DNA of 64,000 bases from a virus. The stretch spans positions 14,803 through 78,802 of IMG/VR virus record IMGVR_UViG_3300013137_000011; one strand, given 5' to 3'. How positions within the stretch are numbered: the stretch's first letter is position 1; each line of letters starts with the position of its first letter. The notes below the pieces were generated by a model. It had not been told where the DNA came from and made no database searches. It saw only the letters and a list, made by a program, of their open reading frames with translations. Below are positions 1 to 10,148 of this stretch, piece after piece. The translations under genes and the position numbers were made by a program.

Positions 1-30
1 GATAAGATTGCTCAGGGAAAGACCATTCTG

Positions 31-234
31 ATGAAGGGAATCGATGATAGGAAATGGGAGTACACTCCCGAGATTGCAAAGACCAAGAAGATGTCACAGG
101 CAGTACAGGATCCCGCTCTTGGTGGATATGGATCCCCTAGAGATGCCTCCAATCTCTTCATTAAGGTTGTCGGAGAAGATCCCGTTGTCGTAGAAAATCC
201 TTCCGCCGCAGAACCCGTTCCTGCGACGGCGTAA
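31..234 (+). CDS. 3' part of a hypothetical protein (probably begins before the window)
   Basis: Frame is open back to the window edge; followed by a hairpin at 273-299. Confidence 0.5.
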   Translation: MKGIDDRKWEYTPEIAKTKKMSQAVQDPALGGYGSPRDASNLFIKVVGEDPVVVENPSAAEPVPATA

Positions 235-322
235 GCACCTCCCCAATCTCATCAACCCCGTGTGTCCGGTTTTCCAGGGTTCCGGCTAAAAACCCTGGAT
301 TAAATCATTTTAGGAGGAAAAT

Positions 323-1483
323 ATGGATAGTGCAGAACAGTTTTTCGGAGATATAGATAGTGTACTGGATGAATTTTCAGAATTAAAAGCAAAGACACAA
401 GAAACTCCTAAACAGGAAGATCCTCCTTCTGTAAATAGTATTGAAAATGATATTTCTGATTTATTCGAGGGTTCACAAAAGATGGAATCTATTGAACCTG
501 AGATTAAATCTCAAGAAATGAATCCAGAAATTAAACCTGAACAAAAAATTGAAAAGAAGCAAGAAGAAATAATTAAACCTAAATCAGTAGACAAAGATAA
601 TAAATTTCCTCTTGATTATATATCACCAAAAGACATAGACAGTATTATATATCCTGAACTTAAAAAAGAGTTAAAGAATGTATTAGATTCTGAGCAATTT
701 AAACAGTCTGTCCAAAAAGCAAAAACCAAATCCGAGAAAGGATATGACACAACTGGAATATCGTCATATTTCTTGATGGATCGTCTTAACGATGTTGTTG
801 GTCCTTCTCATTGGAGGACTAATATTTTATCTGTCGAAACCAAAGAAAGTTCAACAGGTAGATCCTATCGTGGAATTGCAAGTGTAATTCTACAAATTGG
901 AAATACGTTTGAATTGGATAGTAGTAAGTCTGTATGGAAATTTTATCCGGTATGGGAATCAAAACCCAATACTGGAACTTCTATCAATATGACGGAAGGA
1001 GATGCGCTCAAGGGTTGTGTTACGAACGCATTTAAGAAGGCTTGTGCAGATATTGGACTTGGAGCAGAGGCTTACCGTGGAACACTTGATGATGATCTTG
1101 AGGTTTTTGAGGAACAGGAAAAACAAAAGAAGAAGGAAGAGCAGACTCAGATAATTAATCAACAAGTCAAACTAAACACAGGAGAAGCAACGATACAAAC
1201 AAAGAACACTAAGCCCGATGTTATGGCTCAGTTTAAGCCTTGGGTTTCAGATAATCCAGATACTGAACACAATCGTGCAGGACTCTTAAAGACTGTTCAT
1301 AATTTATATCATGCTCTTAGCCTCAACTCAACACAATATCTGGATTGGGTAATTAGGAAAAAGGATGAGTTAAAACTCGTCGTTGTTCCTGAAGATGAAA
1401 CTCAGATCGCATTTGAACCTCTCCAAAAGATTTACAATGCTTTGTATGAAACATACAAGAAAAAGATAGAATCCGCAAAGTGA
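323..1483 (+). CDS. Rad52/Rad22 (Sak-like) single-strand annealing protein
   Basis: MDRLNDVVGPSHW and GDALKGCVTNAFKKACADIGLG match the Rad52/Sak core; AGGAGG RBS; acidic N-terminal extension. Confidence 0.8.
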   Translation: MDSAEQFFGDIDSVLDEFSELKAKTQETPKQEDPPSVNSIENDISDLFEGSQKMESIEPEIKSQEMNPEIKPEQKIEKKQEEIIKPKSVDKDNKFPLDYISPKDIDSIIYPELKKELKNVLDSEQFKQSVQKAKTKSEKGYDTTGISSYFLMDRLNDVVGPSHWRTNILSVETKESSTGRSYRGIASVILQIGNTFELDSSKSVWKFYPVWESKPNTGTSINMTEGDALKGCVTNAFKKACADIGLGAEAYRGTLDDDLEVFEEQEKQKKKEEQTQIINQQVKLNTGEATIQTKNTKPDVMAQFKPWVSDNPDTEHNRAGLLKTVHNLYHALSLNSTQYLDWVIRKKDELKLVVVPEDETQIAFEPLQKIYNALYETYKKKIESAK

Positions 1484-1526
1484 AGACGGGTATAATATCA
1501 ATTAAATAAGAGGAGGATTGTAAGTA

Positions 1527-1844
1527 ATGTCTGCGATGTTATCGTACAGGGTGATCAACGGTAAAAAATTCGAAAATGATTATGGAGTTACATTCTACGT
1601 CGATGTAGAAGTATCAGTAATCACAAATGAATTTGCAAACCCTCCAGATGTTGTTCCTGTTCTCGATATTTTCAAGATCAAGGTTCTTCCAAAGAAAGAT
1701 AAGAGTGGATGGAATGTGTTTATGCCGTCGCCTCCTTATAACAAGGAGACAAAGGCAAAGACGTATCCATTCGTTAGAACCAAGATTAAGGAAGACTATG
1801 AGAATTTAATAAGTTTGCTGTCCAAGTGGGCTGATAATAACTAA
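1527..1844 (+). CDS. SpoVG-like nucleic-acid-binding protein, probable SSB
   Basis: IKV...SGWNVFMPS matches the SpoVG signature; sits between annealase and primase, where SSBs usually lie. Confidence 0.6.
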   Translation: MSAMLSYRVINGKKFENDYGVTFYVDVEVSVITNEFANPPDVVPVLDIFKIKVLPKKDKSGWNVFMPSPPYNKETKAKTYPFVRTKIKEDYENLISLLSKWADNN

Positions 1845-1855
1845 GCCCGCTCTAT

Positions 1856-1929
1856 AGTAATCGTGTCTGAAGTAGAACAGACTACTTGTGACTGATCATC
1901 ACGGGTTTTGAATCCCAGACACGATAACT
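1856..1929 (+). ncRNA. tRNA-like four-way-junction element (RNA or ssDNA) followed by a T-run
   Basis: Closing stem atcgtgtct/agacacgat encloses aagtag/ctactt, gtga/tcac (loop ctgatca) and ggg/ccc (loop ttttgaat). Confidence 0.55.
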
Positions 1930-4133
1930 TTTCTTTTATAAAAATATATAAAGAGGGGACAGGGTTAGGTAGGGTGCGTACAGAAAGTGTAAATATCCAC
2001 AAATTAGTCATAGAAAAATTTGTAGAATTATTTCAGGGTCGTCCTGATGTTTATGCAATACAACTTCAGGATGGTCAATATAAACCACAAGATGCAGAAT
2101 ATTCAATAAACGTCATAGGAGAACATCTAGCAGGAAGAAGAACAGTAGGGATATATCCGGTACATAATAATAGGGTTAGGTTTACATGTATTGATCTAGA
2201 TGAGGTAAATCTAGAAAAGATGGAAAAAATAAGAGAGTCGATAGCCAATCTTGGCTTGTCCAGTAATGAATACCTAATAGAATTTTCTGGAAAGAAAGGG
2301 TATCATTTCTGGCTTTTTTATTCTAATTGGATTGAAGCAAAATATGCCAGAGCGTTAGGTAAATTAATAACGTATAACGCAGGTTTGGAATCTCTTGAAG
2401 TATTCCCAAAGCAAGAAACAGTAGATCAATATTCTGCTAATGATAATGGTAAAAGAAATCTTGGAAGTTTAATTAAACTTCCAATGGGAATACACATGGT
2501 ATCTAAGAAAAGAAGTGAAACATTAGATCAAACTTTAACGCCAAGATCAACAAGAATACTCGAAATAAAACCACTAAATATAGATGGAGCAATAGAATTA
2601 CTAAAAGCAAATTACAAGGTATATGAAAACTCTAGAGTAGAAAAAATGACTTCTACTATAAATAGTAGAACTTATCCTTGTTTCCAGAAAATGCAATTTG
2701 GTACAGACCAAGGCGATAGGGATGAGGTAGCATTTAGACTCTCAATTCATTGTTATAGAAATGGAATAGAATCTGACCTAGCATTAAAATTATTGCAATC
2801 ATGGAACGAAAGAAACGCTCCACCTCTATCTTCAAAAGAAATAGAAACTAAAATAAGATCAGCATATTCAGGAAAATATACTGGATTTGGTTGCGAAAAA
2901 ACTTTCATGGCAAAGTACTGTTCTGATTCGTGTAAATTAAAAAAGAACAGGAAAAAGTCAGAAGATGTAAATATACTTATACCTCCTAATGGATTTGTTA
3001 GAGAATATATTGACTTCGCTATAGAGTGTACTGATGCGCCGGTACAATATCATATTATGTCGGCGTTTATTATTTTATCAACAATAATGAAGGGTGATCT
3101 ATGGCTTGAATTTGGTAATACAATGTTGAAACCTAACATCTGGGCGATTATTGTTGGACCGTCTAGCGGATTTAGAAAAACTGAGAGTTTGGGTATAGCA
3201 AGAACAATTATAGGAATGTATGATCCTAAACTCATATATCCAAAAGAATTTACTGGCGAAAGATTAATGGAAATAATGTCAGATAGGGCTCAAGGAGCAT
3301 TTTTCTTCTCTGAGTTTGGATCATTCATAAGTAACTTAAATAAATCATATATGGTTGGTGTTAAAGAAGTTCTTACTGAACTTTATGATTGTAAAGATGA
3401 TCCATCTCCACAAAGATCAACTAAATCTGGTGGAGATATATATATAAGAAATCCTTACATAAATATGTACGCAGCATCTACGTTAGACTGGATTACAGGT
3501 AAAATAACAGAAGAAGATATTATGAGTGGCTTTCTTCCACGCTGGCTATTAATGCCTGCAGTAAGAAAAACTCTTCACTATGGGTTGCCTCCGAAAGCAG
3601 ATAAGTTAAAGAGAAATGCTCTTGTTCAGCAATTACATCATATAGCAACATTGGGAGGGGAGGTCGATAGGTCCAGAATTGAGGACAGATTTGAAACTTG
3701 GTCAAAAGAACTGGATGATAGAATAAATGGACTTTCTGGTAAACTACAACCATTTTTGACTAGATATGAAATATATGCTCTAAAGATTGCTATGTTATAT
3801 GAAATTTCGTATAACTTCAGAAAGCCAGTTTCAATATCTCCAGAATCATTAGAATATGCAATATCTTTCATGGAGTTTATGTTTACTCAAACTAGAGAAA
3901 TAATTGAAACTAAGATGGCGTTCTCTAAATTTGAAAAAGACAGACTCAAAGTTGTAGAATTAATTGATAATAAGAATGGTTCTATTTCAAGATCAATGCT
4001 TATAAGATATGCTCATATGCTTTCTTCCGATCTTGACAAAATAGTAAATAATTTAGTAAATGATGGAACAATTGAAATAGAGAATCAACAGGGCGGTGGT
4101 CCAATAATTTATAAGATGAGGGAGACTGAATAA
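1908..4133 (+). CDS. AEP-type primase + PriCT-like domain + DUF3987-like P-loop helicase (true start probably GTG 1974)
   Basis: CIDLD and FSGKKGYH primase motifs; G-x-RDEVAF...WNERNAPPL (PriCT); GPSSGFRKT Walker A; C-terminal winged helix. Confidence 0.85.
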   Translation: MNPRHDNFSFIKIYKEGTGLGRVRTESVNIHKLVIEKFVELFQGRPDVYAIQLQDGQYKPQDAEYSINVIGEHLAGRRTVGIYPVHNNRVRFTCIDLDEVNLEKMEKIRESIANLGLSSNEYLIEFSGKKGYHFWLFYSNWIEAKYARALGKLITYNAGLESLEVFPKQETVDQYSANDNGKRNLGSLIKLPMGIHMVSKKRSETLDQTLTPRSTRILEIKPLNIDGAIELLKANYKVYENSRVEKMTSTINSRTYPCFQKMQFGTDQGDRDEVAFRLSIHCYRNGIESDLALKLLQSWNERNAPPLSSKEIETKIRSAYSGKYTGFGCEKTFMAKYCSDSCKLKKNRKKSEDVNILIPPNGFVREYIDFAIECTDAPVQYHIMSAFIILSTIMKGDLWLEFGNTMLKPNIWAIIVGPSSGFRKTESLGIARTIIGMYDPKLIYPKEFTGERLMEIMSDRAQGAFFFSEFGSFISNLNKSYMVGVKEVLTELYDCKDDPSPQRSTKSGGDIYIRNPYINMYAASTLDWITGKITEEDIMSGFLPRWLLMPAVRKTLHYGLPPKADKLKRNALVQQLHHIATLGGEVDRSRIEDRFETWSKELDDRINGLSGKLQPFLTRYEIYALKIAMLYEISYNFRKPVSISPESLEYAISFMEFMFTQTREIIETKMAFSKFEKDRLKVVELIDNKNGSISRSMLIRYAHMLSSDLDKIVNNLVNDGTIEIENQQGGGPIIYKMRETE

Positions 4134-4134
4134 A

Positions 4135-4380
4135 ATGTTTATGTTTCCATATATTTATAATATGGTATTAGTTTTTGCAGATCAAGAATTACTTGATTTA
4201 CATAGAAAAAATCCATCAGCATGGCCGAAACCAGAAGTATGGCTTAATTATGGAATAAAAATATTTGATGTTATTTTTATCAATCAAATCTTTTATGGAA
4301 TTAAACATAAATTGCGTTTATTGATAAAACTAGATAAGCCAATCACTAATGATAAAGTGTTTATGCAAAGTTATATTTGA
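4135..4380 (+). CDS. hypothetical protein
   Basis: Abuts the primase gene; its first codons recur at 4405. Confidence 0.45.
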   Translation: MFMFPYIYNMVLVFADQELLDLHRKNPSAWPKPEVWLNYGIKIFDVIFINQIFYGIKHKLRLLIKLDKPITNDKVFMQSYI

Positions 4381-4643
4381 ATTAAAAGGATGGTATTGAA
4401 TAATATGTTTATGTTTCCATATTTATTAAGTCTTGTCGGAAACGAAAACTTGGCCCACCAAGTCAATATGAAATTGTTATATCTTATAGGAATTTAATCT
4501 CCTACCCAAAAACCAATCACACTATATCCAGTATGTTTGATGGTTCCTGGAATATTATTTTTTAACTATAAGGTTGTATTCGCTGCTATTGTTCAAAAAC
4601 CAAAATCTAAAATCATAGTTGTAAATAGATAGGAGAAATTAAG

Positions 4644-5444
4644 ATGCCTTTGGTTGGTATAATATGTAGTGTTGATGGATGTAACTGTTCCTTGGAACAT
4701 TGTTTAGAATGTTCATTGAATAGAAAAAATAAATATTGTCATTTCTCATATCCAATACTTAAATCAATGTTTGAAAGATTAAGAATTGCTCCTAGAACAT
4801 CTGTAACTACAATATTTGGATGTGCTAGACAATTTTATCTTCTTTCAACAAAGAAATATTATATGGATTTACAAAAGAACTTTAAGCCGTATTTTGGACA
4901 AGTAATTCATAGTGAACTTGAAAGAAATAAAGAGTTTGATTCAGATGCTGAATTTTCAATGGAAATGATAAAAGATTATGCTCCTATGGGAGAAAATGTA
5001 TTTAGATTTACAATAACAGGAACTTGTGATTCTATAAGAATATCTCATGACCTAATCAGAGATTGGAAATTCACAGAGAAAGTTCCGTATAATAAATATC
5101 CCTGGCCTAAGCATACACTTCAGATAAATATGTATAGGTGGATGTTAATCCTACAAAATCCAAACGCAATAGGGATCAAAAATCTTGAACTATGCTATAT
5201 AAGCCCCTCTGAGAGCAAAATATGCAGGGCTAAGGTTTCTGACCTAAACGACCTTGAGAAGGCTCTAGAGAAGTCCCTGGAGCCCTATTACTGGCTATTC
5301 ACGAAGGGGGTTGTTCCCGCTCCGAATGTGGAGAAAGAGGACAAGGTTTTATGCCCTTTTTGTCAGGTAGAAAAAGAATGTTATCAAGAATATCACAATA
5401 TAGCATCAGCAAAACAAGTAGATAATATACTTGGAGGACTCTAA
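4644..5444 (+). CDS. PD-(D/E)xK Cas4/RecB-like exonuclease
   Basis: GQVIHSELE, GTCD, DWKF and QINMY motifs; C-terminal CPFC-x5-C; N-terminal Cys cluster. Confidence 0.8.
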   Translation: MPLVGIICSVDGCNCSLEHCLECSLNRKNKYCHFSYPILKSMFERLRIAPRTSVTTIFGCARQFYLLSTKKYYMDLQKNFKPYFGQVIHSELERNKEFDSDAEFSMEMIKDYAPMGENVFRFTITGTCDSIRISHDLIRDWKFTEKVPYNKYPWPKHTLQINMYRWMLILQNPNAIGIKNLELCYISPSESKICRAKVSDLNDLEKALEKSLEPYYWLFTKGVVPAPNVEKEDKVLCPFCQVEKECYQEYHNIASAKQVDNILGGL

Positions 5445-5796
5445 ATTAATGAGATATAATATTCCTGCTCCAAATGAACCAATTGAGGTTGATTCATTAT
5501 TTGCCAAAAAAGTAGGAATGACATCTGATAAATTTGCTCAAGAATGTATATTATTTTGGGATAACTCCACAAAAACAACAACAATAAATTTCATGTATAT
5601 AGAGAAATATAACCGTGGAAAAGGATATTTTAGTGAACTAGTAAAAAATCTTGAGAAGATATCTAAAAGAATAGTTATAATTTGTCCAACAGGTATAATG
5701 CAAAAGATAATGAAACCAAAAGGATATGGACCTATTTCCAGATCAAAATCAAAAGATTTAGAAAATTCAGTCTGGCATAAAATAGTTATGAGTTGA
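5431..5796 (+). CDS. GNAT-like acetyltransferase
   Basis: YIEKYNRGKGYF resembles GNAT motif A. Confidence 0.5.
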   Translation: MEDSKLMRYNIPAPNEPIEVDSLFAKKVGMTSDKFAQECILFWDNSTKTTTINFMYIEKYNRGKGYFSELVKNLEKISKRIVIICPTGIMQKIMKPKGYGPISRSKSKDLENSVWHKIVMS

Positions 5797-6116
5797 TAGA
5801 TATGAATAATGCAAAAATTATATTTGATGTAAGAATAGAGCAACTAAAAAATTCTATAATAGGAAAATTAATAGAATTTGACGAGAAACAAGAAAATTCT
5901 ATATCAATAGAATTGGAAAGACAAATAAAAAATTTCGATTATGTTGAATTTATTAAATCTGAAGTTAAAAAACAGATAAATATAGAATTACAAGAAGCAA
6001 TAAAATCAACAGTAAAAAGATTGTTTTGGTCCGATGGATTTAGAAATGCTTTAGCAGATATAGTAGCAAAAGAATTAGCATCAGAACTTAAAGCATATAA
6101 AGATAGAGGATATTAG
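5793..6116 (+). CDS. hypothetical helical protein
   Basis: Tightly packed ORF in the operon. Confidence 0.6.
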   Translation: MIDMNNAKIIFDVRIEQLKNSIIGKLIEFDEKQENSISIELERQIKNFDYVEFIKSEVKKQINIELQEAIKSTVKRLFWSDGFRNALADIVAKELASELKAYKDRGY

Positions 6117-6119
6117 TAG

Positions 6120-6950
6120 ATGAATATATTCAAGTATAAAACAGACAAAACATTCGTAAAATTCTTTAATTGCGACAGTTTTGATATTGCTCCTAAAATT
6201 CCCAATGAGAGTATTGATATGGTATGTACTGATATACCATATGGAGAAACTTCAAAAGAAGGCAGAATGATGCTTCATAAGGATGGAGTAAAATTGAGTT
6301 CAAATATAATGGCTTCATATGATGTATTTAAAGATAAGGCAGAATTTGATAACTTTGTTATAAGATTTCTAAAACATGCATACAGATTGCTTAAAAAATC
6401 AGGATCTATGTACGTTTGGATGGGAAGGGAGTATGCAGGATATTTCATAAGACTTGCAGAATCAATAACAAATAGACTAGACGATTCAGATAAAGATGGA
6501 TCTGGATTTTATAGCCATAATGTAATTATATGGGAAAAAACAAATCCAGGATTTTCTCAATTTAAATCAGAATGGTTATCGGCATATGAAGCATGTGTAT
6601 ATATGACTAAAGATTTCAAAAAACCTTTAGTATGGAATTGGCAAGGACACGATATTATGCAAAATGTATGGACAATAGGAAATGCATTTAAAAAGGAAAC
6701 AGAACATCCAAACGAAAAACCGATAGAATGTTTTTCTAGACCTATATTATCAAATACAAATCCTGGAGATGTCATTTGGGATCCATTTGCAGGATCTGGA
6801 TCATGTCTTAGGGCCTGTGAAGTAACAGGAAGAAGTATTATTGCATCTGAAATAAAATCCGATTATTTCAAACAAGCCTGCAAAAGATTAGGTAAACCAA
6901 CCAACGTAGGAAATTCGGCAGAATCCTTGCTTGATGATATGTTCGCATAA
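6120..6950 (+). CDS. DNA methyltransferase (N6A/N4C, beta class)
   Basis: TDIPY (motif IV), HPNEKP, DPFAGSGS (motif I). Confidence 0.9.
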   Translation: MNIFKYKTDKTFVKFFNCDSFDIAPKIPNESIDMVCTDIPYGETSKEGRMMLHKDGVKLSSNIMASYDVFKDKAEFDNFVIRFLKHAYRLLKKSGSMYVWMGREYAGYFIRLAESITNRLDDSDKDGSGFYSHNVIIWEKTNPGFSQFKSEWLSAYEACVYMTKDFKKPLVWNWQGHDIMQNVWTIGNAFKKETEHPNEKPIECFSRPILSNTNPGDVIWDPFAGSGSCLRACEVTGRSIIASEIKSDYFKQACKRLGKPTNVGNSAESLLDDMFA

Positions 6951-6993
6951 AAATATATCCTTGTATAAAATATATTATAAAGAGGAGGAAGTC

Positions 6994-7158
6994 ATGTCTA
7001 GTGATAGTAAAGGAAACAAACTAGAAACTTGTGTTCATTGTAAAGGAAATGGATGTACATTTGATGGATACCAGAATGGAGATTGTCCGCAAAAGAATTG
7101 TAAACATGTAGGATGCGAATATTTTTGCAAAAAGTGTATAGGAACTGGTGAAATATAA
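6994..7158 (+). CDS. small Cys-rich protein (DnaJ-type CxxCxGxG repeats)
   Basis: CVHCKGNG and CKKCIGTG; GAGGAGG RBS. Confidence 0.6.
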   Translation: MSSDSKGNKLETCVHCKGNGCTFDGYQNGDCPQKNCKHVGCEYFCKKCIGTGEI

Positions 7159-7211
7159 ATATCAAAGATACTTTTATTTTCATAAAGGCAGAATTAGAGA
7201 GGAACAATATT

Positions 7212-7418
7212 ATGGTGTATGATTCAGGTGCAAATACTGGAGATCCTCCTGTAGATGATGGTAGAATCTATAGTTATAGTTATATTGATAAAGATATAAA
7301 TACTAAATCCTTCAGGTTGACTAGTACTGGAAAATCGGTTAAGTGTAAATACTGCAAAACATATTACAAACCAAACAATTATTATAAATGTCCTAATTGT
7401 GGAGCAAGTGAACAATGA
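7212..7418 (+). CDS. zinc-ribbon protein
   Basis: CKYC...CPNCGA. Confidence 0.6.
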   Translation: MVYDSGANTGDPPVDDGRIYSYSYIDKDINTKSFRLTSTGKSVKCKYCKTYYKPNNYYKCPNCGASEQ

Positions 7419-7924
7419 ATTTTATGGGATTTGATATTGGATGGAATCAAATAGCATTTTCAGTAATAGATGAAAATGAAAAACTAATCTATTATAATAT
7501 GCATTGTTACGAAGAACCAATACTTCATAATATTTTTGAAAAATGCTTAAATCTTATAGATAGATTTAATCCTACAGTAGTAGGAGTGGAGTGTCCATTT
7601 GGAAGAAATCCAAAAGCTCTAATCATGCTTTCAGAAGTTAAAGGATCGATAAGATTAGCATGTCAGGAAAGAGAACGAATCTGTGTAGACATGACTCCAA
7701 ATCAAGCAAGAGCCATGACTGGAAAAATTGCAAATTCAGATAAAGATAGAAAGAAGAAAGTTATAGAAAATACAAATAGGTACTACAAAGAAAAGAATAA
7801 AAACTTTCCGTGGTTTGATAAATTAGATACAGAAAACGAACATATAGCGGATTCGGTAAATGTAGCATTGTATACTCTTAACATAGCAAAAAAAGAATTA
7901 GGAAGTATATTCAAATGTCAATAA
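7415..7924 (+). CDS. ruvC: RuvC-like Holliday junction resolvase
   Basis: GFDIG, VGVE and EHIADS acidic residues of the RNase H fold. Confidence 0.85.
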   Translation: MNFMGFDIGWNQIAFSVIDENEKLIYYNMHCYEEPILHNIFEKCLNLIDRFNPTVVGVECPFGRNPKALIMLSEVKGSIRLACQERERICVDMTPNQARAMTGKIANSDKDRKKKVIENTNRYYKEKNKNFPWFDKLDTENEHIADSVNVALYTLNIAKKELGSIFKCQ

Positions 7925-8430
7925 TAAAAACAGATAAAAATGGAAATACTGTTTATGATGTCCATACTCACATAGATATGATAGACTTTATTAAAATAAA
8001 TTTATTTTCAAAATCTTTAGAATTATCTCCAGGTAGATGTGCTAAATTTGTAGTAGAAATAGCAGTAGATATTTTTTATAGTAAAGGATATGAGGTTATT
8101 GAAAAAGAGTTGTACGAACTATCTGAAAAGAGAGTTGGATATAAAAGTTTACATATAATATTATCAGAAGACTATCATAATAAACTTGGAAATATAGCAA
8201 ATCTAATGAAATGCGGATTAGGAACTTGTATAAGAAAACTCATAAGATTATTATTTATAGTATATCCACTAAAATTTGTTAAGAGAAGATTAGATAAAAT
8301 AGATATTAGTAATGAAAGAATTATTAAGCCAAAAATATCTAAAAGATGGAGAAAATGGAGAAAACACGGAAAACCAATATACTCACACGAAATTAAACCA
8401 AAGAGAGGACCTTATAAAACACATGAATAA
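7915..8430 (+). CDS. hypothetical DNA-binding protein (ribbon-helix-helix-like)
   Basis: LHIILSEDYHNKL...IRKLI pattern; basic C-terminus. Confidence 0.45.
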   Translation: MSIIKTDKNGNTVYDVHTHIDMIDFIKINLFSKSLELSPGRCAKFVVEIAVDIFYSKGYEVIEKELYELSEKRVGYKSLHIILSEDYHNKLGNIANLMKCGLGTCIRKLIRLLFIVYPLKFVKRRLDKIDISNERIIKPKISKRWRKWRKHGKPIYSHEIKPKRGPYKTHE

Positions 8431-8574
8431 TAGAATAGAAAAAGGACATATAACAATCAAAGGAAAAGAATATTTTGTTTTTGATTGTAGAGATAAAATT
8501 GAAATGTTCGAGTTTCTAAAAATAGTCATAATGGTATGTGATAAATATAAATCTAGTTATAATTAGGAGATATA

Positions 8575-9762
8575 ATGATAATAGATTGCATAGATTTAAA
8601 AAACATTTGTAAAAACTTCGAGCCCTTATTTTCAAAGGCTGGAATATCACATCATCTTAGCAATATAAGAATATCTTATCTTCCAGATAAGAAAGTTGCT
8701 TTATTTGTATCAACAAATGGAAGTATATTCTGTAATGTAATGTTGAAAGTAGAATCAGAACCAAACGATGATAAATTTGACTTCTTAGTTGACGGATGTA
8801 AATTCGCAAATGCAATTTATTCTTCCAATTCTAATAATATATATATAAAGAGCAAAGGCCAATCTCTAATTGTGAACGACAAAGAGGCAAAATCTAAGTT
8901 CAAGTTTCAGACCATGCCTACCGATGTGTTCCCCGCTCCAATAATGAACAAGACAAATATTGAGCAATATAGCATAGATGTAAAAGAACTATATAAAATA
9001 GTTTCAGCAATTGTTGATGTTGCTAATGACTCAAAAAAGTCTGATAATGTTAAACAGTTTGGAGTATTTCTTGAGTTCAAGAATAGTGGATTAAATGTAT
9101 TCAATATTTCTGGAATGAGATCATTTATAATATCTCCAGACATAGATACAGGTAATTCAAATGAGAATACAATTTGCTTCGATTCTAGAGAATTTCGTTA
9201 TATTAAGCAGGTTGTTAGACTAAAAATACAACGTCAGGACGATAATACTAAGATAGTAATTTCAATCGACAAAAATATTGGAATAGTTTCTTTTAGGTTT
9301 TCTGATTCTGTGATATATCTTCGCAAACTGTCTCTAAGACTACCCAATATATATAATATATTAAATAAGAACCGTGACTGTTTACTAACTGTAGAGAAAG
9401 CAACATTCTCCGAACTTCTTAAAAAAGCCTCTCTAGTAGAAGACATTGAAGCAGGACAGTTTGTATTTATGTTTATAAAACAAGAAGACATTATAATCAG
9501 AGTAACCTCTAAACATGATTCAATAGACAGCATGTTTGATTCTGAGATGACAGCAACACAAAATAATGGCGAAAATTCATTCTTCATGTTTAATGCTTCT
9601 GCTCTTATGGATAGTATTTCTGTTATAAATGATCCATTTATTGAACTAAAAATACAATCACAAGCACAAGTACTAAATGGAGAGAGTATATATGGTTGGG
9701 AAATATCTGGAAAAGATAATAGAGAAGTAATTTTGATATTCACCCCAATGAGAGTAAAATAA
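8575..9762 (+). CDS. dnaN: DNA polymerase III beta-clamp-like protein
   Basis: 395 aa; STNG, KFQTMPTDVFP, LPNIYNIL and FNASALMDSI fit the three-domain DnaN pattern. Confidence 0.8.
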   Translation: MIIDCIDLKNICKNFEPLFSKAGISHHLSNIRISYLPDKKVALFVSTNGSIFCNVMLKVESEPNDDKFDFLVDGCKFANAIYSSNSNNIYIKSKGQSLIVNDKEAKSKFKFQTMPTDVFPAPIMNKTNIEQYSIDVKELYKIVSAIVDVANDSKKSDNVKQFGVFLEFKNSGLNVFNISGMRSFIISPDIDTGNSNENTICFDSREFRYIKQVVRLKIQRQDDNTKIVISIDKNIGIVSFRFSDSVIYLRKLSLRLPNIYNILNKNRDCLLTVEKATFSELLKKASLVEDIEAGQFVFMFIKQEDIIIRVTSKHDSIDSMFDSEMTATQNNGENSFFMFNASALMDSISVINDPFIELKIQSQAQVLNGESIYGWEISGKDNREVILIFTPMRVK

Positions 9763-9773
9763 AGGAGGACAAA

Positions 9774-10136
9774 ATGGGAAAATATACTGAAGACGTAACA
9801 ATCATTCCTTCTGTAGAAGGAGAGGGAGAGGAACTTAAATGGAAATTCACACTTGATCTCGATAATAGAAGTGTTGTTGCTTCTGAAGTAGCAAAATCTC
9901 CTGCATTGGGTGAACTTATCGGAAGAAGAGGATATCTTGCAAGCGATTTTTATGAAATGTCTAAAGATGCAATTATGGCAGCAAGCAGGTTTAATATGTT
10001 AATAGAGAAGCAGGATAGAGGTGGAATCAAGAGAGTAGTAAATAAAGATGATGATGGGTCTGTAAATTTTGTTAGAATAGATTATATAGACAAGCTTAGG
10101 CATGAAAATGATACAGAAAAACCTACAGCGGGTTAG
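9774..10136 (+). CDS. hypothetical protein
   Basis: AAGGAGG RBS. Confidence 0.7.
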   Translation: MGKYTEDVTIIPSVEGEGEELKWKFTLDLDNRSVVASEVAKSPALGELIGRRGYLASDFYEMSKDAIMAASRFNMLIEKQDRGGIKRVVNKDDDGSVNFVRIDYIDKLRHENDTEKPTAG

Positions 10137-10148
10137 GAGGATAAAATA

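Noticed and set aside
1860-1925. Canonical tRNA-Ile(GAU) gene
   Set aside because: Lacks the D-loop GG, variable region, a proper 5-bp T stem with TTC, and CCA; kept only as a tRNA-like element.
1908-1973. TTG start of the primase at 1908
   Set aside because: It lies inside the cloverleaf with no RBS; GTG 1974 after a purine-rich tract is more plausible.
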